Origin: Octopus sinensis
Lineage: Eukaryota
DNA length: 64,000 nt
NCBI RefSeq assembly: GCF_006345805.1
Contig: NC_042998.1
Coordinates: 9,610,001-9,674,000, forward strand
Direction of reading: 5' to 3'
The position numbers were made by a program, and so were the translations under genes. Numbering within the stretch: the first letter of the stretch is position 1; the number at the start of each line of letters is the position of its first letter. Below the pieces are notes generated by a model, which made no database searches, was not told the DNA's origin, and saw only the letters and a program-made list of their open reading frames with translations. Positions 25,115 to 36,999 of the stretch are shown here, in pieces.

Positions 25115-25516
25115 CTCTTTTACTCTTTTACTTGTTTCAGTCATTTGACTGCGGCCATGCTGGAGCACCGCTATTAGTCGAGCAAATCGACCCCGGGACT
25201 TATTCTTTGTAAGCCCAGTACTTATTCTATCGGTCTCTTTTGCCGAACCGCTAAGTGACGGGGACGTAAACACACCAGCATCGGTTGTCAAGCAATGCTA
25301 GGGGGACAAACACAGACACACAAGCACACACATACATATATATACATATATAGGACAGGCTTCTTTCAGTTTCCGTCTACCAAATCCACTCACAAGGCAT
25401 TGGTCGGCCCGGGGCTATAGCAGAAGACACTTGCCCAAGATGCCACGCAGTGGGACTGAACCCGGAACCATGTGGTTGGTTAGCAAGCTACTTACCACAC
25501 AGCCACTCCTGCACCT
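25115..25516 (-). mobile_element. SINE family 1
   Basis: Family match. Confidence 0.88.
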
Positions 25517-25586
25517 ATGTTTATAAAATGTATATATTTATTTTATTATAAATGCAAAACAACACCTCAGAGGAATCAATGTAAGC

Positions 25587-25816
25587 TTAACCCTTTCGTT
25601 ACCATATTTCTGTTGAGATGCTCTGTGTTTCTTTCAATTAATTTTAAATATAACAAAGAATTTAGTAAAATAACTTAGTTATCATTCAGCTAGTGTTCGG
25701 AACATAAATTGTAACTAAGGTTTGGTGGAAGATTTTAATTCAGAACTTGTGAAAACAAGACATTTTTACTACGGACCTAGGGCCGGTTTCAGCCGGGTTG
25801 GTAACGAAAGGTTTAA
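25587..25816. mobile_element. piggyBac-type MITE family A
   Basis: TTAA|CCCTTTCGTTACC...GGTAACGAAAGG.|TTAA. Confidence 0.85.
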
Positions 25817-26030
25817 ATAATAAACTGCGATAGGTGAACCGTGATATGGCAAGGGATTACTGTATATAATACAAAGCCTTAATAATACTGAAAGGGTTAT
25901 GGATTAACATGACTTTGGAGGGATCTGTGATGTAAAATAATGTTATCCTTATCAGAAAATTCTGGCGGCCAGAGTACACGCGCACACACACACATACACA
26001 CACATTTTACAATCAAATGATATACTATTC

Positions 26031-26431
26031 TCTCTTTTACTCTTTTACTTGTTTCAGTCATTTGACTGCGGCCATGCTGGAGCACCGCTATTAGTCGAGC
26101 AAATCGACCCCGGGACTTATTCTTTGTAAGCCCAGTACTTATTCTATCAGTCTCTTTTGCCGAACTGCTAAGTGACGGGGACGTAAACACACCAGCATCG
26201 GTTGTCAAGCAATGATAGGGGGACAAACACAGACACACAAACACACATACATATATATATATATATACGACAGGCTTCTTTCAGTTTCCATCTACCAAAT
26301 CCACTCACAAGGCATTGGTTGGCCCGGGGCTATAGCAGAAGACACTTGCCCAAGATGCCACACAGTGGGACTGAACCCGGAACCATGTGGTTGGTTAGCA
26401 AGCTACTTACCACACAGCCACTCCTGCGCCT
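26031..26431 (-). mobile_element. SINE family 1
   Basis: Family match. Confidence 0.88.
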
Positions 26432-26493
26432 ATATGATGACATAACTAAATCATTGAATGACAGATTTTTAGAAAAAAAGGTAAAACTCATAC

Positions 26494-26729
26494 CATGATC
26501 AGTTTTTGAAAACATTGCAGCTTTGATGTCTCTGTCGAGAGTCTCACAGGCACTGTTTCTGGCGTAGTCTGGAAATTTGGACTTGAACTGCTGTAAGCAG
26601 TCATGAGCTTCTTGGGGCCATGACAATTCATAGAGGCAGCGAGCCAGACGGAAATGAGCTTTCAAATAATTGAGATCCAACTGGAGAGCGCTGTGACAGT
26701 CCCGTAAAGCAGCATACAAATCTCCATCC
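26494..26729 (-). CDS. WDTC1: WDTC1 exon (second TPR part)
   Basis: cgttag|G GAT GGA GAT...CAT G|gtatga. Encodes DGDLYAALRDCHSALQLDLNYLKAHFRLARCLYELSWPQEA. Confidence 0.96.
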
Positions 26730-26842
26730 CTAACGAAGAGATCAAGACATAATCAAAATTAAAATGAAGAAACAAAGATTAAAAAATAAAGTAAGAAAGC
26801 AATAACATATTTATCTCTTACTTTCTTTACTATTTCTTTATC

Positions 26843-29800
26843 TATTTCTTTACTACCCACAAGGGACTAAACACAGAGAGGACAGACAAAGGGATTAAGT
26901 CAATTATATCGACCCCAGTGCATAACTGATACTTAATTTATTGACCCAGAAAGGATGAAAGTAAAGTCGACCTCGGTGTGCTAATGTTTCTTATTTCTTT
27001 ATTGCCCACAAGGGGCTAAGCATAGAGGGGACAAACAAGGACAGACAAACGGATTAAGTCGATTACATCGACCCCCAGTATGTGACTGGTACTTAATTTA
27101 TTGATCCCGAAAGGATGAAAGGCAAAGTCGACCTCGGCAGAATTTGAACTCAGAACGTAATGGCAGACGATATACCTATTTCTTTATTACCCACAAGGGG
27201 CTAAACACGGAGGGGACAAACAAGGACAGACAAGCGGATTAAGTCGATTATATTGACCCCAGTGCGTAACTGGTACTTAATTTATTGACCCCGAAAGGAT
27301 GAAAGGCAAAATTGACCTCAGCGGAATTTGAACTCAGAACGTAGCGGCAGACGAAATACCTATTTCTTTACTACCCACAAGGGTCTAAACATAGAGGGGA
27401 CAAACAAGGACAGACGGGGCTGAAGATTGTTTTCTATCGCAACATGTTGAATATCCGACAAGGCATCGGTCTGGGCAGCAGCCATCTATGCTAGATCTGG
27501 TATTCTCCCGCTATCCAAGATCAGTGTCAGACGTATCTACGTGCGCCCCTCTTGCCAAGAGTGATCATGCGGTCCTGAAGTTCGTCATGCACACAACTTT
27601 TTCTACGCCCACGATTACTTCGCTGCCACGTAGAGTCTTCTCTGCAATTAATCTTGAAATTCTAACCGAGGCTTCCACGCTTCTGGACTGGCGATCCTTG
27701 ATGACGTTGTCCTCAGTTGACGAACTATGGTCATCCTCAAAGCATATGTAATCTGTTTGACTGACCAGGCAGTTCCCGTTGAGCTTCCCAAGGGGAAGAA
27801 ACACAAGCCCTGGGTGACGAAGAAGGTTAAACGAGAACGTCGACTCAGAGATATTGCTTGGGCTGAATTCAAAAATCTGGATTCGACTGCAGCTTTTGAG
27901 GTGTACAAAACTCAACGAGACCGAGCCGTGAAAATTGAAAAGAAAGAACGCTTCAGTTATGAATACAAAATCGCGGCAAATGCCAGTAGCAATCCAAAAA
28001 CCTTCTTTGCCAATGTCCAGCGGAATTCCCGCTTGAACAACCAGATTGCAACGTTGGTAGACTCAACAGGCGTATCGATTGAGGACCCTTATCAACAGAG
28101 TCAATTATTTGCCGAGGCTTTTTCAACTATTTTCAAACAAGATGATGGTCGTGAACCCCCTCCATTTGATAGATCGGTACTTCTAATGCTTCGATTGGTC
28201 ATCACGCGGGACGAAGTCAAACGTGTTATTCAAGGCCTCGATGTCAACAAGGGTCACGGCCCTGACGGCATACACCCACGGGTTATCAAAGCGTTGGCTC
28301 CGGTCATCTGCGAGCCCTTAACACGACTATTCAATATGTCATTGGCGACGGGTGTTATACCTGCAGACTGGAGAACAGCGATAATCTGCCCAATTTTCAA
28401 GAAAGGGAGCCACGAAGACCCGCTTAACTACCGACCGGTTTCCCTTACATCAATAATCAGCAAGATGTTCGAAACCATCCTTAAGAAAAGTATGATGCTC
28501 CACCTCCTAAACACAGCCTCTATCTCTGATTCCCAACACGGCTTCGTGCCGAAGAGATCATGCTTGACCAACCTACTAGTAATGGAAGAATTGGTGACGC
28601 GCATCCTCGATGATAGTGATGCTGTTGACATCGTTTTATTGGACTTTGCCAAAGCTTTTGACTCGGTAAACCACCGCCTACTACTTGTCAAGCTTCAAGC
28701 ATATAGTTTTCATCCGGATATTGTACGATGGGTTGGTGCCTTCCTCTCAGATCGCTCCTTCCAAGTTCAAGTTAATGGTTCGCGGTCCGACGTCTCCAGT
28801 GCGAGCAGTGGCGTGCCTCAAGGTTCAGTGCTTGGGCCCTTGTTGTTCTTAGTCTTCATAAATGACTTGCCCGACGACCTCACGCAACACACCCTTCTAT
28901 TTGCCGACGATATCAAACTGGTCGCTCCTTGCGGTAGTATAGAGGATCTTCGTCGATGCCTCCACCAAATTTGGAAGTTGTCTAACGATTGGGACCTGTG
29001 TCTGAATGTGTCAAAGTGCTGTCATCTGCCTGTCGGCTCTACTCCTGCAACTCAACTTGATTTCGAGCCGGGTCGTCTGCTGCTGGAGAGGACCGATCAG
29101 GTAAAGGACCTGGGTATCTTGGTGGATTCCTCCTTTTCGCCTTCGGCCCAGTGCGTCCATGCTGCCAACAAAGCGCGCGGAATTCTGTTTTTGATTCGAC
29201 GGTCATTCGGAATGCTCACAGCAGCCATATTCCTACCACTCTATGTCACGCTGGTGAGACCCATATTGGAGTATGGGATTCAAGCCTCTTCTCCTTATCT
29301 CCTCAAAGACATACAGCATCTCGAAAGAGTCCAGAGGCTGGCTACCCGCATGGTTCATGGTCTCAAAAATTTGTCCTACGAAGAAAGGCTGAGGACGCTC
29401 GACCTTTATTCTCTTGAAAAACGCCGCCACCGTGGTGATCTCATTCTCGCCCACAACATCATAAGCGGGAAGTGTAACCTCTCGAAAGAGCTGTTCTTCA
29501 CTCCTGCTCCGGAGCGTCGGCTGCGGGGTCATTCCGAAAAGCTCTACCTGCGACGATTTCATCTCAATCGAAGGAGAGGAGCTTTCTCTGTCCGGGTTGC
29601 GGATCCGTGGAACAAGCTGCCAGACGAGATGGTGAAGATGCCGACGACCGCTTTGTTCAAAGCCTCCCTTGACCTCAAGTGGCCTGAACTCTTTACACGA
29701 ACACCACCCTGTACTTAACTCCATGTCCCCCTACATGGCCTTGCTATTTGCTTTTGAGCCAAATTAACTAACTAACTAACTAACTAAGTCGATTACATCG

Positions 29801-29942
29801 ACCCCAGTACTTAATTTATCAACCCCGAAAGGATGAAAGGCAAAATCGACCTCGGCAGAATTTGAACTCAGAATGTAACGGCAGACAAAATACTGCTAAG
29901 CATTTCGCCCGGCATGCTAACATCTCTGCCAGCTTGCCACCT
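26843..29942 (-). mobile_element. Head-to-tail array of four SINE family 3 units, the last split by a CR1
   Basis: Units ~26843-26991, 26992-27176, 27177-27360 and 27361-27415 + 29785-29942. Only the last carries the tRNA head. Confidence 0.88.
27416..29784 (+). mobile_element. Young 5'-truncated CR1-clade LINE (EN C-terminus + RT, one frameshift)
   Basis: LSQHVEYPTR...LDLVF...SDHAVL (APE), then a 663-aa ORF with NYRPVSLTS, DFAKAFD, GVPQGSVLGPLLF, FADD. 3' stem-loop CCATGT-CCCCCT-ACATGG at 29721-29738; (TAAC)5 tail. Confidence 0.95.
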
Positions 29943-30284
29943 TTATCTCTTACTTGTTTCATTCACTGGACTGCCTCAGAAAGTTTAGTTAAACAAATCA
30001 ACCTCAGTACTTATATTTTTTTTTTAATCTGGTACTTATTCTACTGGTCTCTTTTGTTGAATCCTTAAATTATGGAGATGTAAACAGACCAAGTGGGGTT
30101 TGGAAAAAGGGAACTGAAAGTAGGCTGTTTTGTGTGTGTGTGAGTGTTTATATTTATGCTTCTCTGAAAATATCTGAACTACAAGTGATGCTGTTGTCAT
30201 TTGCCCCGTGAACAAATTGTCTAAGATCCTTTATTTGACAAGCAGGTAAGACTTAGCAACAGGAAGGGCATCCAACTCATCTAA

Positions 30285-31710
30285 CCTTATGTCACAGCTT
30301 CATCAAGGATTGAGGGCCTAAAGACAAGGCAATCAGCTCATATGTCTTCAGCCGGTGACCATCTCCTTCCTCTGCTTTCCATGTTTGTCTACCATACAAC
30401 ATCACATTACTTACATGTACTCTTACATGTACTTCATATGATCTGCTTTTGTGAAATATTGAAACAGGCTCTTCTTGAGTAGTCTTCTTTTTTTTGTTAG
30501 TTTTCTTATTAACCAGTATTTAAAGATTTTTTAGCCTTTTCTGTGTTTGTCTTTAGCCTTTTGACCCCAACACACTCGTCCACATTTTGAACTTTTTTCT
30601 GGGTTCTTGAAGGGATTCTACAACGAGGATCATTTCATAAATATCCAACAGTTTCCAGCTCCTTTAAAGCTTGTTTTAAGTATATTTAATTCCTACATAT
30701 TCTTTTACTCTTTTACTTGTTTCAGCTTGAGAGCTGTGGCCATACTGGGGCACCACCATTGGTGCTGTTACATCTTCCTTTCCTCTTTTAATTGTTGGCA
30801 TTTGGTGAATGAGGGAGTTTGATGTTGATGCCCTCATCTGTGTTTCCTGCCATGAAGTTGGTTCATCTAGGGCTCTTGACAGTAAGAGATCCACTTCTGG
30901 TTTGAAGAGCTATGGGCCCTTGAATCCTAAACTATTGCAGTATTTGGTCCTTTGATAGCAAGTCTGATATCTTTAGCACTATACACTGATACCCTGATGT
31001 TAGTATAAATTTTATTGCCAAAGTTTGGGACAATCTTAAATGAAACAGCAATACTGGAAACTGTTGGATATTTATGAAATGATCCTCGTTGTAGAATCCC
31101 TTCAAGAACCCAGAAAAAAGTTCAAAATGTGGACGAGTGTGTTGGGGTCAAAAGGCTAAAGACAAACACAGAAAAGGCTAAAAAATCTTTAAATACTGGT
31201 TAATAAGAAAACTAACAAAAAAAAGAAGACTACTCAAGAAGAGCCTGTTTCAATATTTCACAAAAGCAGATCATATGAAGTACATGTAAGAGTACGTGTA
31301 AGAGTACATGTAAGAGTATTCCACTGTTTCTAAACTGTACATTCCTGGACGGTTATTAAGGTGTTGTTGTTTAAATGTTTTGCAGGTCTTTATATGATGT
31401 AGACTAATTGTTTCAATTAACAGTGTTTTGTTATGCTTTCTTTTCATCTTCCTTGTTTTCGATTCCAACAGAAGCAACTCTATCAACTAATGGCTTCAGT
31501 GTACCACATCGAGCAGGTACAAATGGAGTTACAACACCAATGGTGCCAAAATCTAGTAGATCAACATCTCCTTCTTCCTCAACAACTTCATTACAAGCAG
31601 AAGATGATCCTGAAAAGTTTAAATGTAGGATTGGGAAAAGGTAGATACGATGTATTCTCCTTCTGTTCTTTTTGGTTTTTTTTCCATTTCATAAAATGTG
31701 TTGAAATATA
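30285..31710 (+). repeat. Inverted duplicate of 33840-35057 with an internal template-switch segment
   Basis: 30285-31054 = revcomp of 34269-35057; 31054-31316 = direct copy of 34684-34932; 31316-31710 = revcomp of 33840-34246. About 10 substitutions plus small indels. Confidence 0.95.
31472..31640 (+). pseudogene. Antisense-oriented identical copy of WDTC1 exon 33922-34090 with intact splice sites
   Basis: ccaacag|AAGCAACTC...GGGAAAAG|gtagat; 169/169 identical by eye. Confidence 0.93.
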
Positions 31711-32327
31711 AAAAAGCAGACATAAAAATAAAGCACAAAACAAAGTGTGAATTTTGTGTATTTTTGATAACTATGTATAATTCATATTGTTGTAGCATTC
31801 ATTCTAAATATCCCAAAACTGAAAATTTCATCACAAATCTCATCAATATTCCATTTTTTTTTTTATCACTTACTCAAGATGGAACACAATGCCTATTGCC
31901 CATTTCAGAGCCTCTAAGACTCGTGAGAGGGGGGGAGGTATCCTTAACTGGAGGCCTGGCCCAATTGTTCACCTTTAGATGCTCTTCTATAAAAAACATC
32001 TAAAGGTAAGGTGGTGGGTGTTAAACCATCAACAGATTAAATTTATCATATAAGTAGGCTACAACAGGATTTGAGCTAAGAATGCAAAAGAGCTGGAACA
32101 AATATTGCAAGGGATACTGACCAACAATAAAGATTGTGCTATCTTATCCTCTTAGACTGGTACTCTAATCTTATTTGTACTTCATTTAGAATGGTGCAAG
32201 TAAAATTGGTTTAATACTTATCCACTCTTTAATTCAAGAAAAATTTGGTAGACATGAACTAGAATATTTTTGTCCTTCTGTACATGCAACTTCAAACAAA
32301 AAAAGTGTAAGTATAAAGAGAATTTAC

Positions 32328-32510
32328 CATTTTCGCTTCATATATGCTGCAGCTCTGTTGCCGTAGAGAACTGAAGCATGAGGCATCATTGAAATCGCTT
32401 GGTTATATAAAATAATGGCTTTCCTACATTGGTCTTTTTCAAAATAATTGTTGGCTTTCTTCTTAAGAGCTTCCACTGGAGGTGACAAACGTTTGGTATC
32501 TCGTTTATAC
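32328..32510 (-). CDS. WDTC1: WDTC1 exon (first TPR)
   Basis: ttttag|G TAT AAA...AAA TG|gtaaat. Encodes VEALKKKANNYFEKDQCRKAIILYNQAISMMPHASVLYGNRAAAYMKRKW. Not in the ORF track. Confidence 0.95.
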
Positions 32511-32611
32511 CTAAAAAAGTGAAAATACTGTTGATTTCAGATTAAACAAAAGGAAAAAAAAAACATATGTAACAGTATTCAGAAAGGTGATAATTTGACA
32601 AACACAATGAT

Positions 32612-32860
32612 GATTCCGGGTTCAATCCCACTGCGTGGCATCTTGGGCAAGTGTCTTCTGCTATAGTCCCGGGCCGACCAATGCCTTGTGAGTGGATTTG
32701 GTAGACAGAAACTGAAAGAAGCCTGTCGTATATATGTATATATATATATGTATGTGTGTGTTTGTGTGTCTGTTCTCTTAGCATTGCTTGACAACCGATG
32801 CTGGTGTGTTTATGTCCCCGTCACTTAGCGGTTCAGCAAAAAGAGACCGATAAAAGAGTA
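32612..32860 (+). mobile_element. Truncated SINE family 1
   Basis: B-box region and body without head or tail. Confidence 0.75.
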
Positions 32861-32994
32861 AACCTTTTTCTTGTTTGTATGTTTATAGCCCCTATAGTCC
32901 CAAGCCTAACAAAGCCCTGTCAATTGATGTGGTTGGCAGAAACTAATAGAAATTCATTGTGTATGTGTGTATAAACATTTATATAATATATATA

Positions 32995-33155
32995 TACCCA
33001 CTACACTCAGGGAGTTAGGAAGGGCATCCAGCTGTAGAAACACTGCAAGATTAGACTGGGACCTGGTGCAGCCTCCTGGCTTCTCAGACCCCAGTCGAAC
33101 CGTCCAACCCATGCTAGCATGGAAAACGGACATTAAACAATGATAATGATGATGT
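32995..33155 (+). mobile_element. RTE 3'-end copy
   Basis: TTAGGAAGGGCATCCAGCTGTAG...TGATAATGATGAT. Confidence 0.75.
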
Positions 33156-33306
33156 AATGCTGCAACACACGTCGTTAATGAGTAGGATAAAGTTCCACTT
33201 CTCCTTCTACCGCTTTATCTTTTCCTTCTTCCTCCATGTCACCACTTACCATCTTGTATATGTATGTTCGTTTGTTTGTGTGTGCGTGTGTGTAAGTATA
33301 TGAAGT

Positions 33307-33681
33307 GGAGGCGCAATGGCCCAGTGATTAGGGCAGCGGACTCGCGGTCGTAGGATCGTGGTTTCGATTCCCAGACCAGGCGTTGTGAGTGTTTATTGAG
33401 CGAAAACACCAAAAATGCTCCACGAGGCTCCGGCAGGGGATGGTGGTGATCCCTGCTGTACTCTTTCACCACAACTTTCCCTCTCACTCTTACTTCCTGT
33501 TTCTGTTGTACCTGTATTTCAATGGGCCGGCCTTGTCACGCTGAATATCCCCGAGAACTATGTTAAGGGTACACGTGTCTGTGGAGTGCTCAGCCACTTA
33601 CACGTTAATTTCACGAGCAGGCTGTTCCGTTGATTCGGATCAACCGGAACCCTCATCGTTGTAACCGACAGAGTGCTTCCA
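33307..33681 (+). mobile_element. tRNA-Arg-like-headed SINE (family 4; possibly an octopus OR-type SINE)
   Basis: GGCGCAATGGCCCAGTGATTAGGGCAGCGGACTCGCGGTC...GGTTTCGATTCCC: A/B boxes and a TCG anticodon-like loop. Family name is unverified. Confidence 0.65.
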
Positions 33682-33921
33682 GTAAGTATATGAAAGCACA
33701 TGTGTATGGTTATACACTTGCATGTTTGTTGTCTATGTATTTATATTTATGTCTGTCTGTTTACCTGTGTGTGTGCACACACATGTGCATCTGCATGCAC
33801 ATGTGTGTACATTCATATACAATATAGATACAATGTATCTATATTTCAACACATTTTATGAAATGGAAAAAAACCCAAAAAAACCACCAAAAAGAACAGA
33901 AGGAGAATACATCATATCTAC

Positions 33922-34090
33922 CTTTTCCCAATCCTACATTTAAACTTTTCAGGATCATCTTCTGCTTGTAATGAAGTTGTTGAGGAAGAAGGAGATGTTG
34001 ATCTACTAGATTTTGGCACCATTGGTGTTGTAACTCCATTTGTACCTGCTCGATGTGGTACACTGAAGCCATTAGTTGATAGAGTTGCTT
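33922..34090 (-). CDS. WDTC1: WDTC1 exon (Ser/Thr-rich linker)
   Basis: ccaacag|AA GCA ACT...AAA AG|gtagat. Encodes ATLSTNGFSVPHRAGTNGV...KFKCRIGK. Phases 1 and 2 link the flanking exons in frame. Confidence 0.9.
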
Positions 34091-35414
34091 CTGTTGGAAT
34101 CGCAAACAAGGAAGATGAAAAGAAAGCATAACAAAACACTGTTAATTGAAACAATTAGTCTACATCATATAAAGACCTGCAAAACATTTAAACAACAACA
34201 CCTTAATAACCGTCCAGGAATGTACATTTTAGAAACAGTGGAATACAATTTCAAGATTTTGAAATTATGTATTGCCGTTTCATTTAAGATTGTCCCAAAC
34301 TTTGGCAATAAAATTTATACTAACATCAGTGATTTATACTAATATCAGAGTATCAGTGTATAGTGCTAAAGATATCACACTTGCTATCAAAGGACCAAGC
34401 ACTGCAATAGTTTAGGATTCAAGGGCCCATAGCTCTTCAAACCAGAAGTGGATCTCTTACTGTCAAGAGCCCTAGATGAACCAACTTCATGGCAGGAAAC
34501 ACAGATGAGGGCATCAACATCAAACTCCCTCATTCACCAAATGCCAACAATTAAAAGAGGAAAGGAAGATGTAACAGCACCAATGGTGGTGCCCCAGTAT
34601 GGCCACAGCTCTCAAGCTGAAACAAGTAAAAGAGTAAAAGAATATGTAGGAATTAAATATACTTAAAACAAGCTTTAAAGGAGCTGGAAACTGTTGGATA
34701 TTTATGAAATGATCCTCGTTGTAGAATCCCTTCAAGAACCCAGAAAAAAGTTCAAAATGTGGACGAGTGTGTTGGGGTCAAAAGGCTAAAGACAAACACA
34801 GAAAAGGCTAAAAAATCTTTAAATACTGGTTAATAAGAAAACTAACAAAAAAAAGAAGACTACTCAAGAAGAGCCTGTTTCAATATTTCACAAAAGCAGA
34901 TCATATGAAGTACATGTAAGAGTACATGTAAGTAATGTGATGTTGTATGGTAGACAAACATGGAAAGCAGAGAAAGGAGATGGTCACCGACTGAAGACAT
35001 ATGAGCTGATTGCCTTGTCTTTAGGCCCTCAATCCTTGATGAAGCTGTGACATAAGGCATATGATGGGTATTTTTATAATCTAAAGAGACAGACAAACAG
35101 AAAGAAAAAATGAGACAGAAGGAGAAGAATAGATCCCAGTAGAGGACTGGTACTCTATTGTTTCCAGAAAAATGAAGTGCGAAGTTCAACTTGGTAGTAT
35201 TGGAACTCAGAGCAGAGGGAGAGAGCCAGAGAAAAGACTGCAAGGCAATCTATCCTATGCTCTAATACCTCAACCAATTGCCTATGAGCTGGTTGTAGTG
35301 TGTTGAATGTACAATACTAATTTACATCAAAGGTCTGAGCTGAAGTGAGTTGAGAAAGTGGTCAAGCACTGAAGGAATATGCTAATGAGTAACAATAACA
35401 CAAAAAAACCAGCT

Positions 35415-35644
35415 TTAACCCTTTTGATACCAACCCGGCCAAAATCGCCTCTGGCTCTGTGGTACAAATGTCTTGTTTTCATAAGTTTTGAATTAAAATC
35501 TTCCACCAAACCTAAGTCACAATTTATGTTCCCAACACTAGCTTAATATTAACTAAGTTCTTTTACTAAATTCTTTGTTATATTTAAAATTAATTGAATG
35601 AAACACAGAACATCTCAAAATAAATACGGTAACGAAAGGGTTAA
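35415..35644. mobile_element. piggyBac-type MITE family A
   Basis: TTAA|CCCTTTTGATACC...GGTAACGAAAGGG|TTAA. Confidence 0.85.
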
Positions 35645-36075
35645 TGGTGTGGATACACAATTACAACAGCTTCTGCATGTCAATGGAAAAGGCATTGTGG
35701 GTTGATGGTAAAAAAGCAACCATTATGGTCACAGACTAAGGAAAATATGGAAGGAGGCGGTGAGATAGATTTAAAACTGTCGAGTCTCATAAACAAGATT
35801 ACCTAAGATTAAGAACTATAGGGGAGATCCTGAACTACAAACCTTTCCAGGTAGTTCTGGAATGGTAAAACAGCATTTAAGATAAAGGTGATGATGGTAA
35901 TGGGTTTTGTTTTAAGCTAAAAATCTTTGAAAATATAATACAAAATATCTATTTAAGAATCATTTATCAGGGAAAAAAACATGAATTTTAGGAATAATCA
36001 ACACGAGTAGCTAATGAAAAATAGAGATTGAACTTGTTACAGGTTAAAACTATGTGAAAAAAAAAAGAAACTTAC

Positions 36076-36279
36076 CTTTTACTATGCCATTTGCATTACC
36101 TAGTACCAAAGACGTGTCAAACTTTTGTGGTTTTCTTTTTTTATTTACATCAAACAAATAAATTTGTTCACCCCCTAGGTTAACCAACAGCTCAGACCCA
36201 TCTGGACTATATGTGACATAGGTGGAGGCAAGGGTGCGATACCGCTTACGGTAGTCCATCTGTTTCTGAGGTAAGTGGC
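36076..36279 (-). CDS. WDTC1: WDTC1 exon
   Basis: tttcag|GC CAC TTA...AAA G|gtaag. Encodes HLPQKQMDYRKRYRTLASTYVTYSPDGSELLVNLGGEQIYLFD. Confidence 0.96.
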
Positions 36280-36999
36280 CTGAAATAAAATTGATTGGAC
36301 ATTAGACATACTTACACACACACACAAACAAAAACAGATATATGCAAGCCCTGTGTGTGTATGTGTGCACATATACACATACATATGTACAAATACATAC
36401 ATTCATTCACAAGTGTGTGCATGAGGATTCATATATATATACGTACACACACATACATATGTAAACACACACACATACATAAATACATAATATATAATCA
36501 CAAACTGACATATGCAAATACATATGTGCACAGGTAGAAAACAGGTGTTTTATATCTAACCTAACAAGCTTAATATGAAGCAGATTTAGGGAGAGTCAAC
36601 TGGAGAAATGTGCAGCCTACTCAAAATTAAAGCTGTTTCACGAAAATAAACTTCTCTTGCAGCACAAAGCTGAAACCAATTAGCTCCGCAAGCATTATTA
36701 ATGTAATTATAATGTGATAAAGAGTTAACTCGTTTACACTGACCCCAATACCTGGTTGATACTTAGGTACTAGGGTTGATGCAGTCTTTAATGAAATAAC
36801 GAATAAACGAACCTTAAGTTCTGAACTTATCAAATTCTGACCATCATTCCATCTCTCTCTTCTTGGTTATTCATCCCTCCCACCACCGCCAACCAACGCA
36901 TCACCTATCAAGGTAGTGTCACTATTTTCAAAAGTCTAATAACATGGCTTTGAATTATAAGCAATATTTCCATGAATTTAGAACAGCCTAGTAACAAAT

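Noticed and set aside
31408-31644. Separate + strand gene encoding the duplicated exon
   Set aside because: No other matching + strand exons; fully explained by the inverted duplication.
30285-31710. Duplicate as a retrocopy of edited RNA
   Set aside because: It contains intron sequence, and the few differences are not A->G-biased on the WDTC1 sense strand.
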